Shown here piece by piece: positions 9,321-19,058 of a stretch of 64,000 nucleotides of DNA (position 1 is the first letter of the stretch; every line of letters begins with the position of its first letter). The position numbers and the translations under genes are program-made. The DNA comes from Xanthobacteraceae bacterium (lineage in GTDB: Bacteria; Pseudomonadota; Alphaproteobacteria; Rhizobiales; Xanthobacteraceae). The notes under the pieces were generated by a model. That model saw only the letters and a list, made by a program, of their open reading frames with translations, did no database searches and was not told the DNA's origin. The stretch spans positions 65-64,064 of the forward strand of contig JBEKRD010000009.1 in assembly GCA_049519075.1 (NCBI GenBank), written 5' to 3'.

Positions 9321-10100
9321 ATGTCTATTCTGGCGGTCGTTGCGACAGCCACGGTCTTTTCAGCCGCATCTCACGCGACCATGGCGCAGGACCGGTCCAT
9401 CACCGTTTTTGCCGCCGCCTCGATGAAGAACGCGCTCGACGATGTCGATGCGGCCTTCACCCAGAAAGCCGGCATCAAGGTCGTCGCCAGCTATGATGCA
9501 AGCTCGGCGCTGATGAAGCAGATCGAGGGCGGTGCGCCGGCCGATGTGTTCGTTTCCGCCGATCTGAAGTGGATGGATTACGGGGCACAGAAAAAACTCA
9601 TCAAGGACGATAGTCGCGTCAATCTGCTCGGCAACGCGCTGGTGCTGATCGCTCCCAAGGAGTCCAAAATCGATAGCGTCACGATCGAGCCGGGCTTCGA
9701 TCTCACCACGCTTGCCGGTGACGGGCGCATTGCCGTCGGCGATGTGGTGGCCGTGCCGGTCGGCATCTATGCCAAGGCCGCGCTGGAAAAGCTCGGCGTC
9801 TGGTCGTCGGTCGAGCAAAAGATGGCGATGACCGGAAACGTCCGCGCTGGTCTGATCCTTGTCGCGCGCGGCGAGGCGCCGCTTGGTATCGTCTATTCGA
9901 CGGATGCCAAGGTCGAGCCCGGCGTGAAGGTCGTCGGCGTGTTTCCGGAATCCTCGCACGACCCGATCATCTATCCGGTAGCGGCAACGATCGGCGCCAA
10001 GCCCGACGCCACGTCTTATCTGGAGTTCCTGCGCTCGGCGACCGCGAAGACGATCTTCGAGAAATATGGCTTTACCTACCTGGTAAAGCCGACGTCGTGA
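9321..10100 (+). CDS. modA: Molybdate ABC transporter substrate-binding protein
   Basis: Signal peptide MSILAVVATATVFSAASHA. Motifs VFAAASMKNALDD, SADLKWMDY and VAVPVGIYAKAAL. Followed by modB and modC. Confidence 0.85.
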   Translation: MSILAVVATATVFSAASHATMAQDRSITVFAAASMKNALDDVDAAFTQKAGIKVVASYDASSALMKQIEGGAPADVFVSADLKWMDYGAQKKLIKDDSRVNLLGNALVLIAPKESKIDSVTIEPGFDLTTLAGDGRIAVGDVVAVPVGIYAKAALEKLGVWSSVEQKMAMTGNVRAGLILVARGEAPLGIVYSTDAKVEPGVKVVGVFPESSHDPIIYPVAATIGAKPDATSYLEFLRSATAKTIFEKYGFTYLVKPTS

Positions 10101-10121
10101 ATAGTTCGCCGAAAGCTGGGA

Positions 10122-10817
10122 ATGTTCGGCCTTTCCCCCGGTGACTGGACCGCCGTCGCGTTGTCGCTGCGCATTGCGCTTGTTGCGACCGCATGCGCGC
10201 TGCCGTTTGGCATTGCCGTGGGCTGGCTCTTGGCGCGCAAGCAATTCTGGGGCAAGACGCTCGTTGATGGGCTGGTCTTTCTGCCGCTCGTTCTGCCGCC
10301 GGTCGTGACCGGGTATCTCTTGCTCATTTCATTCGGGCGGCGCGGGCCGATCGGCGAATTTTTGTATGACAGCTTCGGAATGGTTCTGTCGTTTCGCTGG
10401 ACCGGCGCGGCCTTGTCCTGCGGGGTGATGGGCTTTCCGTTGATGGTGCGGCCGATCAGGCAGGCGCTCGAGGCCATCGACAAAAGGCTGGAAGATGCCG
10501 CAGCAACCCTCGGCGCCAATGCCGTGCTGGTGTTTTTCACCGTCACATTGCCGCTTGCCTTGCCCGGCGTCATTGCCGGCGTGCTGCTGTGCTTCGCCCG
10601 CGCGCTCGGCGAGTTCGGCGCCACAATCACCTTTGTCTCGAACATCCCGGGCGAAACGCAGACGATTTCGGCGGCGATCTATACGCTGACGCAGGTTCCG
10701 GGCGGCGACGCTGCGGCCGGGCGCTTGGTCCTGGTGGCGATCGCGCTGGCGCTCGCGGCGCTGATCGCTTCCGAGTGGCTCGCGCGCCGCGCCGCCATCC
10801 GTTTCCACGGAGAATGA
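10122..10817 (+). CDS. modB: Molybdate ABC transporter permease
   Basis: 231 aa, CysTW-type permease with EAA loop LEDAAATLGA..FFTVTLPLALPG. Lies between modA and modC. Confidence 0.85.
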   Translation: MFGLSPGDWTAVALSLRIALVATACALPFGIAVGWLLARKQFWGKTLVDGLVFLPLVLPPVVTGYLLLISFGRRGPIGEFLYDSFGMVLSFRWTGAALSCGVMGFPLMVRPIRQALEAIDKRLEDAAATLGANAVLVFFTVTLPLALPGVIAGVLLCFARALGEFGATITFVSNIPGETQTISAAIYTLTQVPGGDAAAGRLVLVAIALALAALIASEWLARRAAIRFHGE

Positions 10818-11506
10818 TCGTGCTCGCGGTCGATGTGGAAAAACAGCTCGGCGCTCTGCATCTGGGCGTCAGCTTTCAAGCGGCGCGCGGTGCTACGGCC
10901 TTGTTCGGTCCTTCGGGTGCGGGCAAGACGTCCGTGGTCAATATGATTGCGGGCCTTCTTAATCCGGATCGCGGCGCGATCACCCTCGACGACACGGTGC
11001 TGTTCGATGCGAGCCAAGGCGTCAACGTGCCGCCGCATCGCCGTCGCATCGGCTATGTGTTCCAGGAGGGCCGGCTGTTTCCGCATCTATCGGTGCGGCA
11101 GAACCTCGACTACGGCCGCCGTATGAGCGGGCAGCCACGCGATTTGGCCGAATTCGAGCGCATCGCCAAACTCCTCGATATCGGACATCTGCTGGATCGC
11201 CGGCCGGGAAAAATGTCTGGCGGCGAACGTCAGCGGGTTGCCGTTGGCCGGGCGCTGCTGACACGCCCGCGGCTTCTTCTCCTCGACGAGCCGCTGGCTT
11301 CGCTCGGCGTCGCCCACAAGCGCGAAATTCTGCCCTATCTGGTTCGGCTGCGCGACGAGGTCGGCATCCCGATCGTTTATGTCAGCCACACGCCGGCGGA
11401 AGTGCGCCGCATCGCCACGACCGTGCTGCGGCTGGATAATGGCCGCGTTGCCGCGACGGGCGGCATCGAGCTTCTCAATGCTGCCGACGAAGACGCTTTT
11501 GTTTAG
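10814..11506 (+). CDS. modC: Molybdate ABC transporter ATP-binding protein, short form without a C-terminal TOBE domain
   Basis: ATG 10814 overlaps the modB stop (ATGA). Walker A GPSGAGKTS, signature MSGGERQRVAVGRAL, Walker B LLLLDEP. Only 230 aa. Confidence 0.8.
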   Translation: MIVLAVDVEKQLGALHLGVSFQAARGATALFGPSGAGKTSVVNMIAGLLNPDRGAITLDDTVLFDASQGVNVPPHRRRIGYVFQEGRLFPHLSVRQNLDYGRRMSGQPRDLAEFERIAKLLDIGHLLDRRPGKMSGGERQRVAVGRALLTRPRLLLLDEPLASLGVAHKREILPYLVRLRDEVGIPIVYVSHTPAEVRRIATTVLRLDNGRVAATGGIELLNAADEDAFV

Positions 11507-11584
11507 CGCGCATTCGCATTTGGCGAAGCTTGCCAAGCAGAATCGCGTGTTGTCCCGGCAATTCGCTAGGGACTATGATTCACG

Positions 11585-12475
11585 ATGGATTCTTCCCCGC
11601 CTCGGGCGGTCAAACATGCGGCCTTTTTGGGCGTGCTGTGCGGCGCCGGCGCGGCGCTGTGTTGGGCGCTCGGCTTCGTCGCGGCACGACAAGGCGTCAC
11701 TACCGGGCTGTCGCCGCTCGTCATTGCGCTGCATCGTTTTGTCTGGCCCGGGCTGGCGCTCGCGCCTTCCGTCGCGGCCCACGCATTCCGCGATCTCCGT
11801 GTCATTGGCTGGCGTCGCGCCGTTGCGCTGGCGCTGACCGGCGGCCTGCCGCTGGCGCTGTTCAGCTATCTCGGTTACGTGCTGGTGCCGCTCGGTCATG
11901 GCGCACTCATCCAACCCTCATGCGCCGCGCTTGGCGGAATGCTGCTGGCGCGGTTTCTTCTCAAGGAGCCGCTGCCGTCTCGCCGCATCGTCGGCGCCGT
12001 CACTATCCTTGCCGGTCTCGGTGTCATCGGCGCCGAGGCGCTAAGGACGATGGGCGCCAGCGGCATACTCGGCGATTTGCTGTTCGTCGCGGCCGGCAGT
12101 TGTTTTGCGATTTTCGGCGTGCTGCTGCGGCTGTGGCTGATCCCACCGATGCGCGCCGTGGCGATCACCTGCGTGCTGTCGCTCGCTGGCTTGCCCATGT
12201 TGCTGTTCACTTTCGACAATATGCTGGCGGCCGGATTTTATGAAAATCTGCTGCAGGCCCTGGTGCAAGGCGTGCTGGCGGGCGCCGGCGCGATCTATCT
12301 GTTTACCCGCGCGGTCGAGCTGCTGGGAGCGAGCCGGGCGGTGTTGTTTCCGTCGCTGGTGCCGCCGTTCACGCTCTTGATCGGCTACATCGCGCTCGGC
12401 GAAGCGCCGAGCGTGTCGCAGCTCATAGGTCTTGTGATCGTCGTCGTGGGATTCCGGCTGACACAGCGGAATTAA
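11585..12475 (+). CDS. DMT superfamily (EamA-like) transporter
   Basis: 296 aa with about 10 hydrophobic segments forming two EamA-like halves. Confidence 0.7.
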   Translation: MDSSPPRAVKHAAFLGVLCGAGAALCWALGFVAARQGVTTGLSPLVIALHRFVWPGLALAPSVAAHAFRDLRVIGWRRAVALALTGGLPLALFSYLGYVLVPLGHGALIQPSCAALGGMLLARFLLKEPLPSRRIVGAVTILAGLGVIGAEALRTMGASGILGDLLFVAAGSCFAIFGVLLRLWLIPPMRAVAITCVLSLAGLPMLLFTFDNMLAAGFYENLLQALVQGVLAGAGAIYLFTRAVELLGASRAVLFPSLVPPFTLLIGYIALGEAPSVSQLIGLVIVVVGFRLTQRN

Positions 12476-12484
12476 TCTTCCGGA

Positions 12485-13717
12485 TCAATCTTCCGGGCCG
12501 GCATATTTGCCAGCGGTGTGCGGGAACATCGACTTCACGATCTTGAAGCGGGAGATGTCGACGGTCGCGTCCATGTGCAGGAAGATGGCGGCGTCGCGGA
12601 ACAGTTTTTCCACGCCAAAATCCAGCATGACGCCGTTGCCGCCGTGCAGTTCGAGCGCATGCTGGGCCACTTTGAGAATTTCTTCCGAGGCGAACACTTT
12701 TGCCATATTGCACAGGGTATCGGCGTCCGGCGCGTTGTCGTCCACTGCGCGTGCGGCGCGCGCCAGCAGCGCACGCACCGCCTCGATGCGCGTTGCCATG
12801 TCGGCGAGCCGCAGCGCCACCGCCTGATGCTTGATGAGGATGCGGCCTCCCTGCACGTAGTTTTGCGCGTAGTCGGACGCGACCTCGAAGGCGCGCACGC
12901 CGACGCCAAGGTTCTTCGCCGCTTGGATGATCTTGCCCGGCCGGAAATAGACCCCAGCCTTGCCGAGCGCGTCGCCTTCGACCAACAGGTGGTCGTCAGG
13001 CACGCGCATATCCTCGAACACCAGCTCCCCGTTATTCATGAAACGGCAGCCCAAGGTCTCGTTGCAGCGCGCGATCGTCAGTCCCGGCGTGTCGCGCCGC
13101 ACCAGAAAACTCGACGTGCCCTGCAGCATGCCGACTTTCGGGTTGGTATTGGCATAGACCACGAACAGGCCGGCGTCGTAGCCATTGGAGATGAATTGCT
13201 TACGCCCGTTGATGATCCATTCGCCGTCGCTCTTCACCGCCCGCGTCTGCATGGCGGCCTCCGGCACATTATAGGGCAGCCAGCGGTCGGACGCGCCGCG
13301 CGGTTCGGTGAGACAGTGCGCCAACAGGAATTGCGGATCCTCCAGGAGCCGCTTGAACCATTTCTCCTGCAGATGCCGCGGCGCGAGCTCGCGCAGCAAC
13401 ACCGTGACTTTCCAGTTCTGCACCAGTTTGTCGGCAAGGCCTGAATCGCCGCGCGCGATTTCCTCCGAGATGAGCGCGAAGGTCTGCACTTCGCTCCCCG
13501 GATCGAGCTCCATGCCGCCGAATTCTTCCGGCACGCCGAGGGTGCGGACGCCGACCTTTTCGGCGCCTTCAAGGATCGCGGGCGGCAGTCGATCTTCCGG
13601 CGTCATCGACCATTCACGCTGCCAATTGCCGCGGATGAACGGAATGACGACGCCGTCGACGAAATCGCGGCAACTCTGCCGCATCAGGCGCTGCTCTTCG
13701 GATAACTCCGACTGCAC
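12485..13717 (-). CDS. Acyl-CoA dehydrogenase family protein
   Basis: 410 aa with ACAD N, middle and C-terminal domain pattern (CLTEPRGASD, FISNG, EILKVAQHALELHGGNG). GTG start 1 nt after the aminotransferase stop. Confidence 0.85.
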   Translation of the reverse strand: MQSELSEEQRLMRQSCRDFVDGVVIPFIRGNWQREWSMTPEDRLPPAILEGAEKVGVRTLGVPEEFGGMELDPGSEVQTFALISEEIARGDSGLADKLVQNWKVTVLLRELAPRHLQEKWFKRLLEDPQFLLAHCLTEPRGASDRWLPYNVPEAAMQTRAVKSDGEWIINGRKQFISNGYDAGLFVVYANTNPKVGMLQGTSSFLVRRDTPGLTIARCNETLGCRFMNNGELVFEDMRVPDDHLLVEGDALGKAGVYFRPGKIIQAAKNLGVGVRAFEVASDYAQNYVQGGRILIKHQAVALRLADMATRIEAVRALLARAARAVDDNAPDADTLCNMAKVFASEEILKVAQHALELHGGNGVMLDFGVEKLFRDAAIFLHMDATVDISRFKIVKSMFPHTAGKYAGPED

Positions 13718-13718
13718 G

Positions 13719-14906
13719 TCACGCCACCTTGCGGCTGGTCAGAAACTCGCCCATGCGGTCGAGCGCCTTGAGAATGTTCTCAGTCGAATTCGCATAGGAC
13801 ATGCGCATGTAGCCTTCGCCGAGAATGCCGAAATCCGGCCCGCCGATCAGAGCGACGCCTGAGTCTTCGAGGAGCGCCGAGGCGAGCGCCTTGGCTTTCC
13901 AGCCAGTGCGCTTGATATTGGGGAAGGCGTAAAACGCGCCGCGTGGTGTGGCGCAGGAGGTGCCGGGCAATTTGTTGAGACCGGCGACCACGATTTTGCG
14001 GCGCCTGTCGAATTCGGCGACCATTTTCGCCGGTTCGTCCTGCGGGCCGGTCAGTGCCGCGAGGCCGGCATATTGCGTCGGCGCATTGACGCAGGAATGC
14101 AGGTTCACTGCGAGTTTGCGCGCATAGTCATAGAGCTTGCCGGGCCAGATCGCATAACCGAGGCGCCAACCGGTCATGGCATAGGTCTTCGACCAGCCGT
14201 TGAGCAGGATGAGGCGGTCGCGGATTGACGGGTAGGAGAGCAGACAGACATGCGTCTCGCCGTCATAGACCATGTGATCGTAGATCTCGTCCGACATCAC
14301 GGCGACGTCGGGAAAGCGCTCGAGCCCGGCGACGAGCTTGTCGACTTCCGACTTGGGCGTGACCCCGCCGGTCGGGTTGGCCGGCGAATTGAGGATGAGG
14401 AGCCGGGTGTGCGGTGTGATCAGCCGCAGCGTCTCCTCCGCAGAGAAGGCGAAATTGTTTTCCTCGCGGATCGGCACCGGAATCGGCCGCGCGCCGGTAA
14501 ATTCGATCATCGAACGATAGATCGGGAATCCCGGATCGGGATAAAGAATGTCGACGCCCGGTTCGCCAAACATCAGGATCGACATGAACATGGTCGGCTT
14601 GCCGCCCGGCATGATCATCACCTCGTCGGGCGAGACGCTGACCTTGAAACGTCTGTGCAGATCGGCGGCGACCGCTTCGCGTAACGGCAGGATGCCGACC
14701 GCCGGCGTATAGCCGTGGTGGCCGTCGCGCAGCGCCTTGACCGCCGCCTCGACGATGAAATCGGGCGTACGAAAGTCGGGCTGGCCGATGCCGAGATTGA
14801 TGATGTCCCGGCCGGTCGCCGCAAGATGCATGGCCCGCGCCAGCACGGCGAAGGCGTTCTCCTCGCCGATGCGATCGAACGCGGCGACGGTCTTGAGCAT
14901 GAGCAT
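13719..14906 (-). CDS. Pyridoxal-phosphate-dependent aminotransferase (class I, aspartate aminotransferase-like)
   Basis: 395 aa. NLGIGQPDF, NSPANPTG and PLP-lysine motif NGWSKTYAMTGWRLGY. Confidence 0.85.
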   Translation of the reverse strand: MLMLKTVAAFDRIGEENAFAVLARAMHLAATGRDIINLGIGQPDFRTPDFIVEAAVKALRDGHHGYTPAVGILPLREAVAADLHRRFKVSVSPDEVMIMPGGKPTMFMSILMFGEPGVDILYPDPGFPIYRSMIEFTGARPIPVPIREENNFAFSAEETLRLITPHTRLLILNSPANPTGGVTPKSEVDKLVAGLERFPDVAVMSDEIYDHMVYDGETHVCLLSYPSIRDRLILLNGWSKTYAMTGWRLGYAIWPGKLYDYARKLAVNLHSCVNAPTQYAGLAALTGPQDEPAKMVAEFDRRRKIVVAGLNKLPGTSCATPRGAFYAFPNIKRTGWKAKALASALLEDSGVALIGGPDFGILGEGYMRMSYANSTENILKALDRMGEFLTSRKVA

Positions 14907-14994
14907 TTCCCCCGGCGATCACTTGCCGCGCGGCAGTTCAGCCCAATCGCAAGACAAATGCAAACATCAGCGGCGCCAGCGCAAGGCGCTAAAG

Positions 14995-15025
14995 CAGAAG
15001 CCCCGGACCGGGTCCGGGGCTTCTG
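14995..15025 (-). terminator. Stem-loop terminator downstream of the small secreted-protein gene
   Basis: 14-bp perfect stem CAGAAGCCCCGGAC / GTCCGGGGCTTCTG with a 3-nt loop. Lies 14 nt after the stop at 15039. Only a short T-run (CTTT) follows on the minus strand. Confidence 0.6.
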
Positions 15026-15038
15026 ATCACATCGATCG

Positions 15039-15266
15039 TTAGTCGTTATTGCGGTTGTTCAGAACGTTGAATTCCGCGCCGGACTGAACCGAAGCTGCGG
15101 TTCCCGTGCGGTCGGCGCCGCCGTCCGGATAGGTCCCGACTTGGCTTTGAACCGTGTCGTAGACCGGCCGCTGCGGCTGCTGATGCGTGCGCGCGGCGAG
15201 AGCCGGCGTGGCGAGCATCGCGATCGCGACCGCCGACAGCGCCAGCTTCCTATTGAGCGATTTCAT
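15039..15266 (-). CDS. Small secreted hypothetical protein (75 aa)
   Basis: ATG 15266 sits 8 nt after a GGAG. Signal peptide MKSLNRKLALSAVAIAMLATPALA. Followed by the hairpin terminator. No family recognised. Confidence 0.45.
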   Translation of the reverse strand: MKSLNRKLALSAVAIAMLATPALAARTHQQPQRPVYDTVQSQVGTYPDGGADRTGTAASVQSGAEFNVLNNRNND

Positions 15267-15405
15267 TTTCGAATCTCCGTTTTGGTCGTCACCCTCGCTC
15301 GTTAAGGTAGACAATATTTGGCAGCGCACAATAGTACCGACACTCACAAAATCGTTATTTAAATCAGTGTGTTAATGAGAATTTTATTCGCGTATTTATA
15401 GTCAT

Positions 15406-15422
15406 TTATTGCGCCGCAATAA
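15406..15422. promoter_or_regulatory. Perfect palindrome TTATTGCG-C-CGCAATAA in an AT-rich divergent promoter region
   Basis: Read directly. Lies in the 355-nt AT-rich gap between the minus-strand small gene and the plus-strand dehydratase operon. Confidence 0.3.
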
Positions 15423-15621
15423 GCGCCAAAGGAGCCCGCGTTTACGCCATGATCGAGTCGTGAGCACGGTCGCAAAACCGCTTGGGATTTGCCCATTCCC
15501 TGGGCTTTGCGGAGTTCCGCGCTCGCGCCGCCATTAAATCGGCATATCTACCGCAAGCGGCCGAGCGCTAAATCGCACGGCCGCAGCGCAGATGGATTCG
15601 CGGGTGGATCGGGAGACGGTG

Positions 15622-17448
15622 ATGACAAAGAGCAAAAAAACGCAGGGCCAATTCACCCAAGGCCAACAGCAGCGCCGGCTGCGCTCGCAATTGTGGTTCG
15701 ATAATCCGGACAATCCGGGCATGACCGCGCTCTATCTCGAACGCTACCTCAATTATGGCCTCACCCGCGCCGAACTCACATCCGGTCGCCCGATCATCGG
15801 CATCGCGCAGACTGGCTCGGATTTGAGCCCGTGCAATCGGCATCACCTCGAATTGGCCCAGCGCGTGCGCGCGGGCATCCGCGATGCCGGCGGCATCGCC
15901 TTCGAATTCCCGGTGCATCCCATTCAGGAAACCGGCAAGCGTCCGACTGCGGCGCTCGACCGCAATCTCGCTTACCTCGGTCTGGTCGAGGTGCTGTTCG
16001 GCTATCCGCTCGACGGCGTGGTGCTGATGACCGGTTGCGACAAGACCACGCCGGCCTGTTTGATGGCGGCGGCCACCGTCAACACGCCGGCGATCGTGCT
16101 CTCCGGCGGGCCGATGCTCGACCACGTCTATAACGGCAAACTGATGGGCTCGGGTACGCTGATCTGGCAGGCGCGCCAGGACCAGGCCGCAGGACTGATC
16201 GACTACAAGGAATTTATCGACATCGTCGCCGCCTCCGCACCGTCGATCGGCCACTGCAATACCATGGGCACCGCGTCGACCATGAATGCGCTGGCCGAGG
16301 CGCTCGGCATGTCGCTGCCGGGTTGCGCCGCGATTCCGGCGCCGTACCGCGAGCGCGGACAAATCGCCTATGCCACGGGCGTACGCGCTGTCGAAATCGT
16401 ACGCGAAGATCTCAAGCCGTCGGACATCCTTACGCGCGCCGCTTTCGAGAACGCGATCGTCGCCTGCTCGGCGATCGGCGGCTCGACCAATGCACCGATC
16501 CACATCAACGCAATCGCCCGGCATATCGGCGTCGATCTCAAGATCGAGGACTGGGAGACGGTCGGCTATGACGTGCCGCTGGTCGTCAACATGCAGCCGG
16601 CCGGCGAATTTCTCGGCGAGGATTATTTCCGCGCCGGCGGTTTGCCGGCGGTGTTGCACGAGCTCCATGCGGCCGGGCGGCTTCATGGCGACGCGCTCAC
16701 CATCAACGGCAAGACGGTGGCCGAAAACGTCGCGCAAGCGAAAGCTGCCAATGCCAACGTCATCCGGCCTTACGACAAGCCGTTGAAAGCGCAGGCCGGA
16801 TTCAAGGTCCTGCACGGCAATTTGTTCGATTCCGCCATCATGAAGACAAGCGTCATCTCCGACGAATTCCGCAAGCGCTATCTTTCCAACCCGGCCGACC
16901 CAAACGCCTTCGAGGGCCGGGCCGTCGTGTTCGACGGGCCCGAGGACTACCACCACCGCATCGACGATCCGGCGCTGAAGATCGACGAGCACAGCATCCT
17001 GTTCATGCGTGGCGCCGGACCGATCGGTTATCCGGGCTCGGCCGAGGTGGTGAACATGCAGCCGCCGGCGGCGCTGATCAAACAAGGTGTCACGGCGCTC
17101 GCCTGCATCGGCGACGGCAGGCAGTCCGGCACCTCGGGTTCGCCGTCCATTCTGAATGCTTCGCCGGAAGCAGCTGCTGGTGGCGGGCTTGCGCTCCTTA
17201 AGACCGGCGATCGCGTTCGCGTCGACCTCAACAAGGGCGTCGCCAATATCCTGATTTCGGCCGACGAACTGAATGCACGGCGCGTAGCGCTGCAGAAGGA
17301 TGGCGGCTATCCTTATCCGCCAAGCCAGACGCCGTGGCAGGAAATTCAGCGCGCCATGGTCGATCAGCTCGGCAGCGGCATGGTGCTGGAGCCGGCGGTG
17401 AAGTATCAGCGCGTGGCACAGAAGTTCATCCCGCGGGACAATCACTGA
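15622..17448 (+). CDS. IlvD/Edd-family dehydratase, pentonate (D-xylonate / L-arabinonate) dehydratase-like
   Basis: [65 protein letters not shown] and C-terminal FIPRDNH closely resemble XylD/AraC-type dehydratases as I recall them. ATG 15622 follows GGGAG. Confidence 0.85.
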   Translation: MTKSKKTQGQFTQGQQQRRLRSQLWFDNPDNPGMTALYLERYLNYGLTRAELTSGRPIIGIAQTGSDLSPCNRHHLELAQRVRAGIRDAGGIAFEFPVHPIQETGKRPTAALDRNLAYLGLVEVLFGYPLDGVVLMTGCDKTTPACLMAAATVNTPAIVLSGGPMLDHVYNGKLMGSGTLIWQARQDQAAGLIDYKEFIDIVAASAPSIGHCNTMGTASTMNALAEALGMSLPGCAAIPAPYRERGQIAYATGVRAVEIVREDLKPSDILTRAAFENAIVACSAIGGSTNAPIHINAIARHIGVDLKIEDWETVGYDVPLVVNMQPAGEFLGEDYFRAGGLPAVLHELHAAGRLHGDALTINGKTVAENVAQAKAANANVIRPYDKPLKAQAGFKVLHGNLFDSAIMKTSVISDEFRKRYLSNPADPNAFEGRAVVFDGPEDYHHRIDDPALKIDEHSILFMRGAGPIGYPGSAEVVNMQPPAALIKQGVTALACIGDGRQSGTSGSPSILNASPEAAAGGGLALLKTGDRVRVDLNKGVANILISADELNARRVALQKDGGYPYPPSQTPWQEIQRAMVDQLGSGMVLEPAVKYQRVAQKFIPRDNH

Positions 17449-17490
17449 AGATTTGCACTGTCCGTTTGCACGAACCTGAGCGAGTTTTCC

Positions 17491-18336
17491 ATGTCACGTC
17501 CTTCCACTACCGAGAAGCGCAAAACATTCCGAAAGCTGCACGAGGCCGGCTGCTTCGTCATTCCCAATCCATGGAATGTGGGCAGCGCGCGTTACCTGCA
17601 AGGTCTCGGCTTCCAAGCGCTGGCGACAACAAGCTCGGGCTATGCGCACTCTGTCGGTTATCCCGACGGCGGGTTGAGCCTCGACCAGGTGCTCGCCCAT
17701 TTCCGCGAAATGGCGCAGGCGACGGATGTTCCATGCAATGCCGATTTTGAGGATGGGTTGGCCGACGATCTCGACGGCCTCGCCGAGAACGTGACGCGCT
17801 GCGTCGCGACCGGTATTGCGGGCCTGTCGATCGAGGATTCGCCGAACAATGGCAAGACGCCGCTTTATGATCTCGACACCGCCGTTGCGCGCGTGAAAGC
17901 GGCGCGCATGGCGATCGATCGCGCCGGCGGCGATGTCGTATTCACCGCGCGCGCGGAGGGCTTTATCCGCGGCGTGCCCGATCTCGCCGACGTCGTCCGC
18001 AGGCTCAAGGCCTATAGGGACGCGGGCGCCGATTGTCTTTATGCGCCGGGCATAAAAACCCGCGAGCAGATCGAAACAGTGATGAAAGCGGCGGCGCCTA
18101 AGCCGGTGAACTTCCTCAATGGCGGCGTCTTCGGCTTTACTGTCGCCGACATCGCGGCAATGGGCGTGCGCCGGATCAGCGTCGGCGGTTCGCTGGCCCG
18201 CGTTGCCATGCGTGCCTTCATCCGCACCGCGACCGAAATCGCCAAGGACGGCACGTTCGACGGCTTCGCCGGGCTGATCAGCAATCCCGAGCTGAACAAG
18301 TTCTTCAGCGAAGACCGTGAGAAGCTTTCGTCATGA
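17491..18336 (+). CDS. Isocitrate lyase / PEP mutase superfamily protein
   Basis: 281 aa. FVIPNPWNVGSARYLQGLGFQALATTSSG and GLSIED are typical of the ICL/PEPM fold. The stop overlaps the next start (ATGA). Confidence 0.75.
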   Translation: MSRPSTTEKRKTFRKLHEAGCFVIPNPWNVGSARYLQGLGFQALATTSSGYAHSVGYPDGGLSLDQVLAHFREMAQATDVPCNADFEDGLADDLDGLAENVTRCVATGIAGLSIEDSPNNGKTPLYDLDTAVARVKAARMAIDRAGGDVVFTARAEGFIRGVPDLADVVRRLKAYRDAGADCLYAPGIKTREQIETVMKAAAPKPVNFLNGGVFGFTVADIAAMGVRRISVGGSLARVAMRAFIRTATEIAKDGTFDGFAGLISNPELNKFFSEDREKLSS

Positions 18337-19058
18337 CCGATTTCGAATTGCATCCCCAAACCGGCCAGCCAATAGGCTTGCCGGTTGTCGATCTGACGCC
18401 GGCGCCGCGTCCCGGCCCGGTAACGCTGAAAGGCCGCTACGGTCGCCTTGAAAAACTGAAGCCCGACCATGAAGTCGACCTATGGGCGGCGTTTGGCGGC
18501 CACGACCGCCTCTGGACCTACATGGCCAAAGACGGTCCATTCGCGAGTCTTGCGGAATTTTCGCCGTTGCTCGCCGTGCGCGCGGCGGCCGAGGATCCTT
18601 ATGCCTACGCGATCATCGATGCGGCCGATCGTGCCGTCGGCTATATCACGCTGCTGCGAATCGTCCCGGAGCATCGGGTGATCGAGGTCGGCCACGTGCT
18701 CTATTCGCCGGCGCTCCAACGCACGCCGCTCGGCACCGAAACTCAATACCTGTTGGCGCGTTATGTTTTTGAGACGCTCGGCTATCGGCGCTACGAATGG
18801 AAATGCGACGCATTGAATGCCGCTTCCCGGCGTGCCGCTCTGCGCTACGGCTTCGTCTATGAAGGGACATTCCGCCAATACATGATCGCCAAGGGCCGCA
18901 ACCGCGACAACGCCTGGTTCTCCATGCTCGACAGCGAATGGCCGGCGCGCAAGCACAGTTTCGAGCGCTGGCTTGCGCCGGACAATTTCGACAGCGAGGG
19001 TCGGCAAAAACTCAGCCTCATGGCGTTAAACGACACGGGACCCGGGAGGACGACATGA
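18333..19058 (+). CDS. GNAT-family N-acetyltransferase (RimJ/RimL-like)
   Basis: 241 aa. Acetyltransferase core GYITLLRIVPEHRVIEVGHV...LGYRRYEWKCDALNAASRRAALRYGFVYEG. Overlaps both neighbouring genes by 4 nt. Confidence 0.7.
   Translation: MTDFELHPQTGQPIGLPVVDLTPAPRPGPVTLKGRYGRLEKLKPDHEVDLWAAFGGHDRLWTYMAKDGPFASLAEFSPLLAVRAAAEDPYAYAIIDAADRAVGYITLLRIVPEHRVIEVGHVLYSPALQRTPLGTETQYLLARYVFETLGYRRYEWKCDALNAASRRAALRYGFVYEGTFRQYMIAKGRNRDNAWFSMLDSEWPARKHSFERWLAPDNFDSEGRQKLSLMALNDTGPGRTT

Noticed and set aside
15568-17445. 625-aa ORF on the minus strand
   Set aside because: It is exactly antisense to the well-supported IlvD/Edd dehydratase gene. It is Arg/Ala/Gly-rich with no recognisable motifs, a typical shadow ORF of GC-rich DNA.
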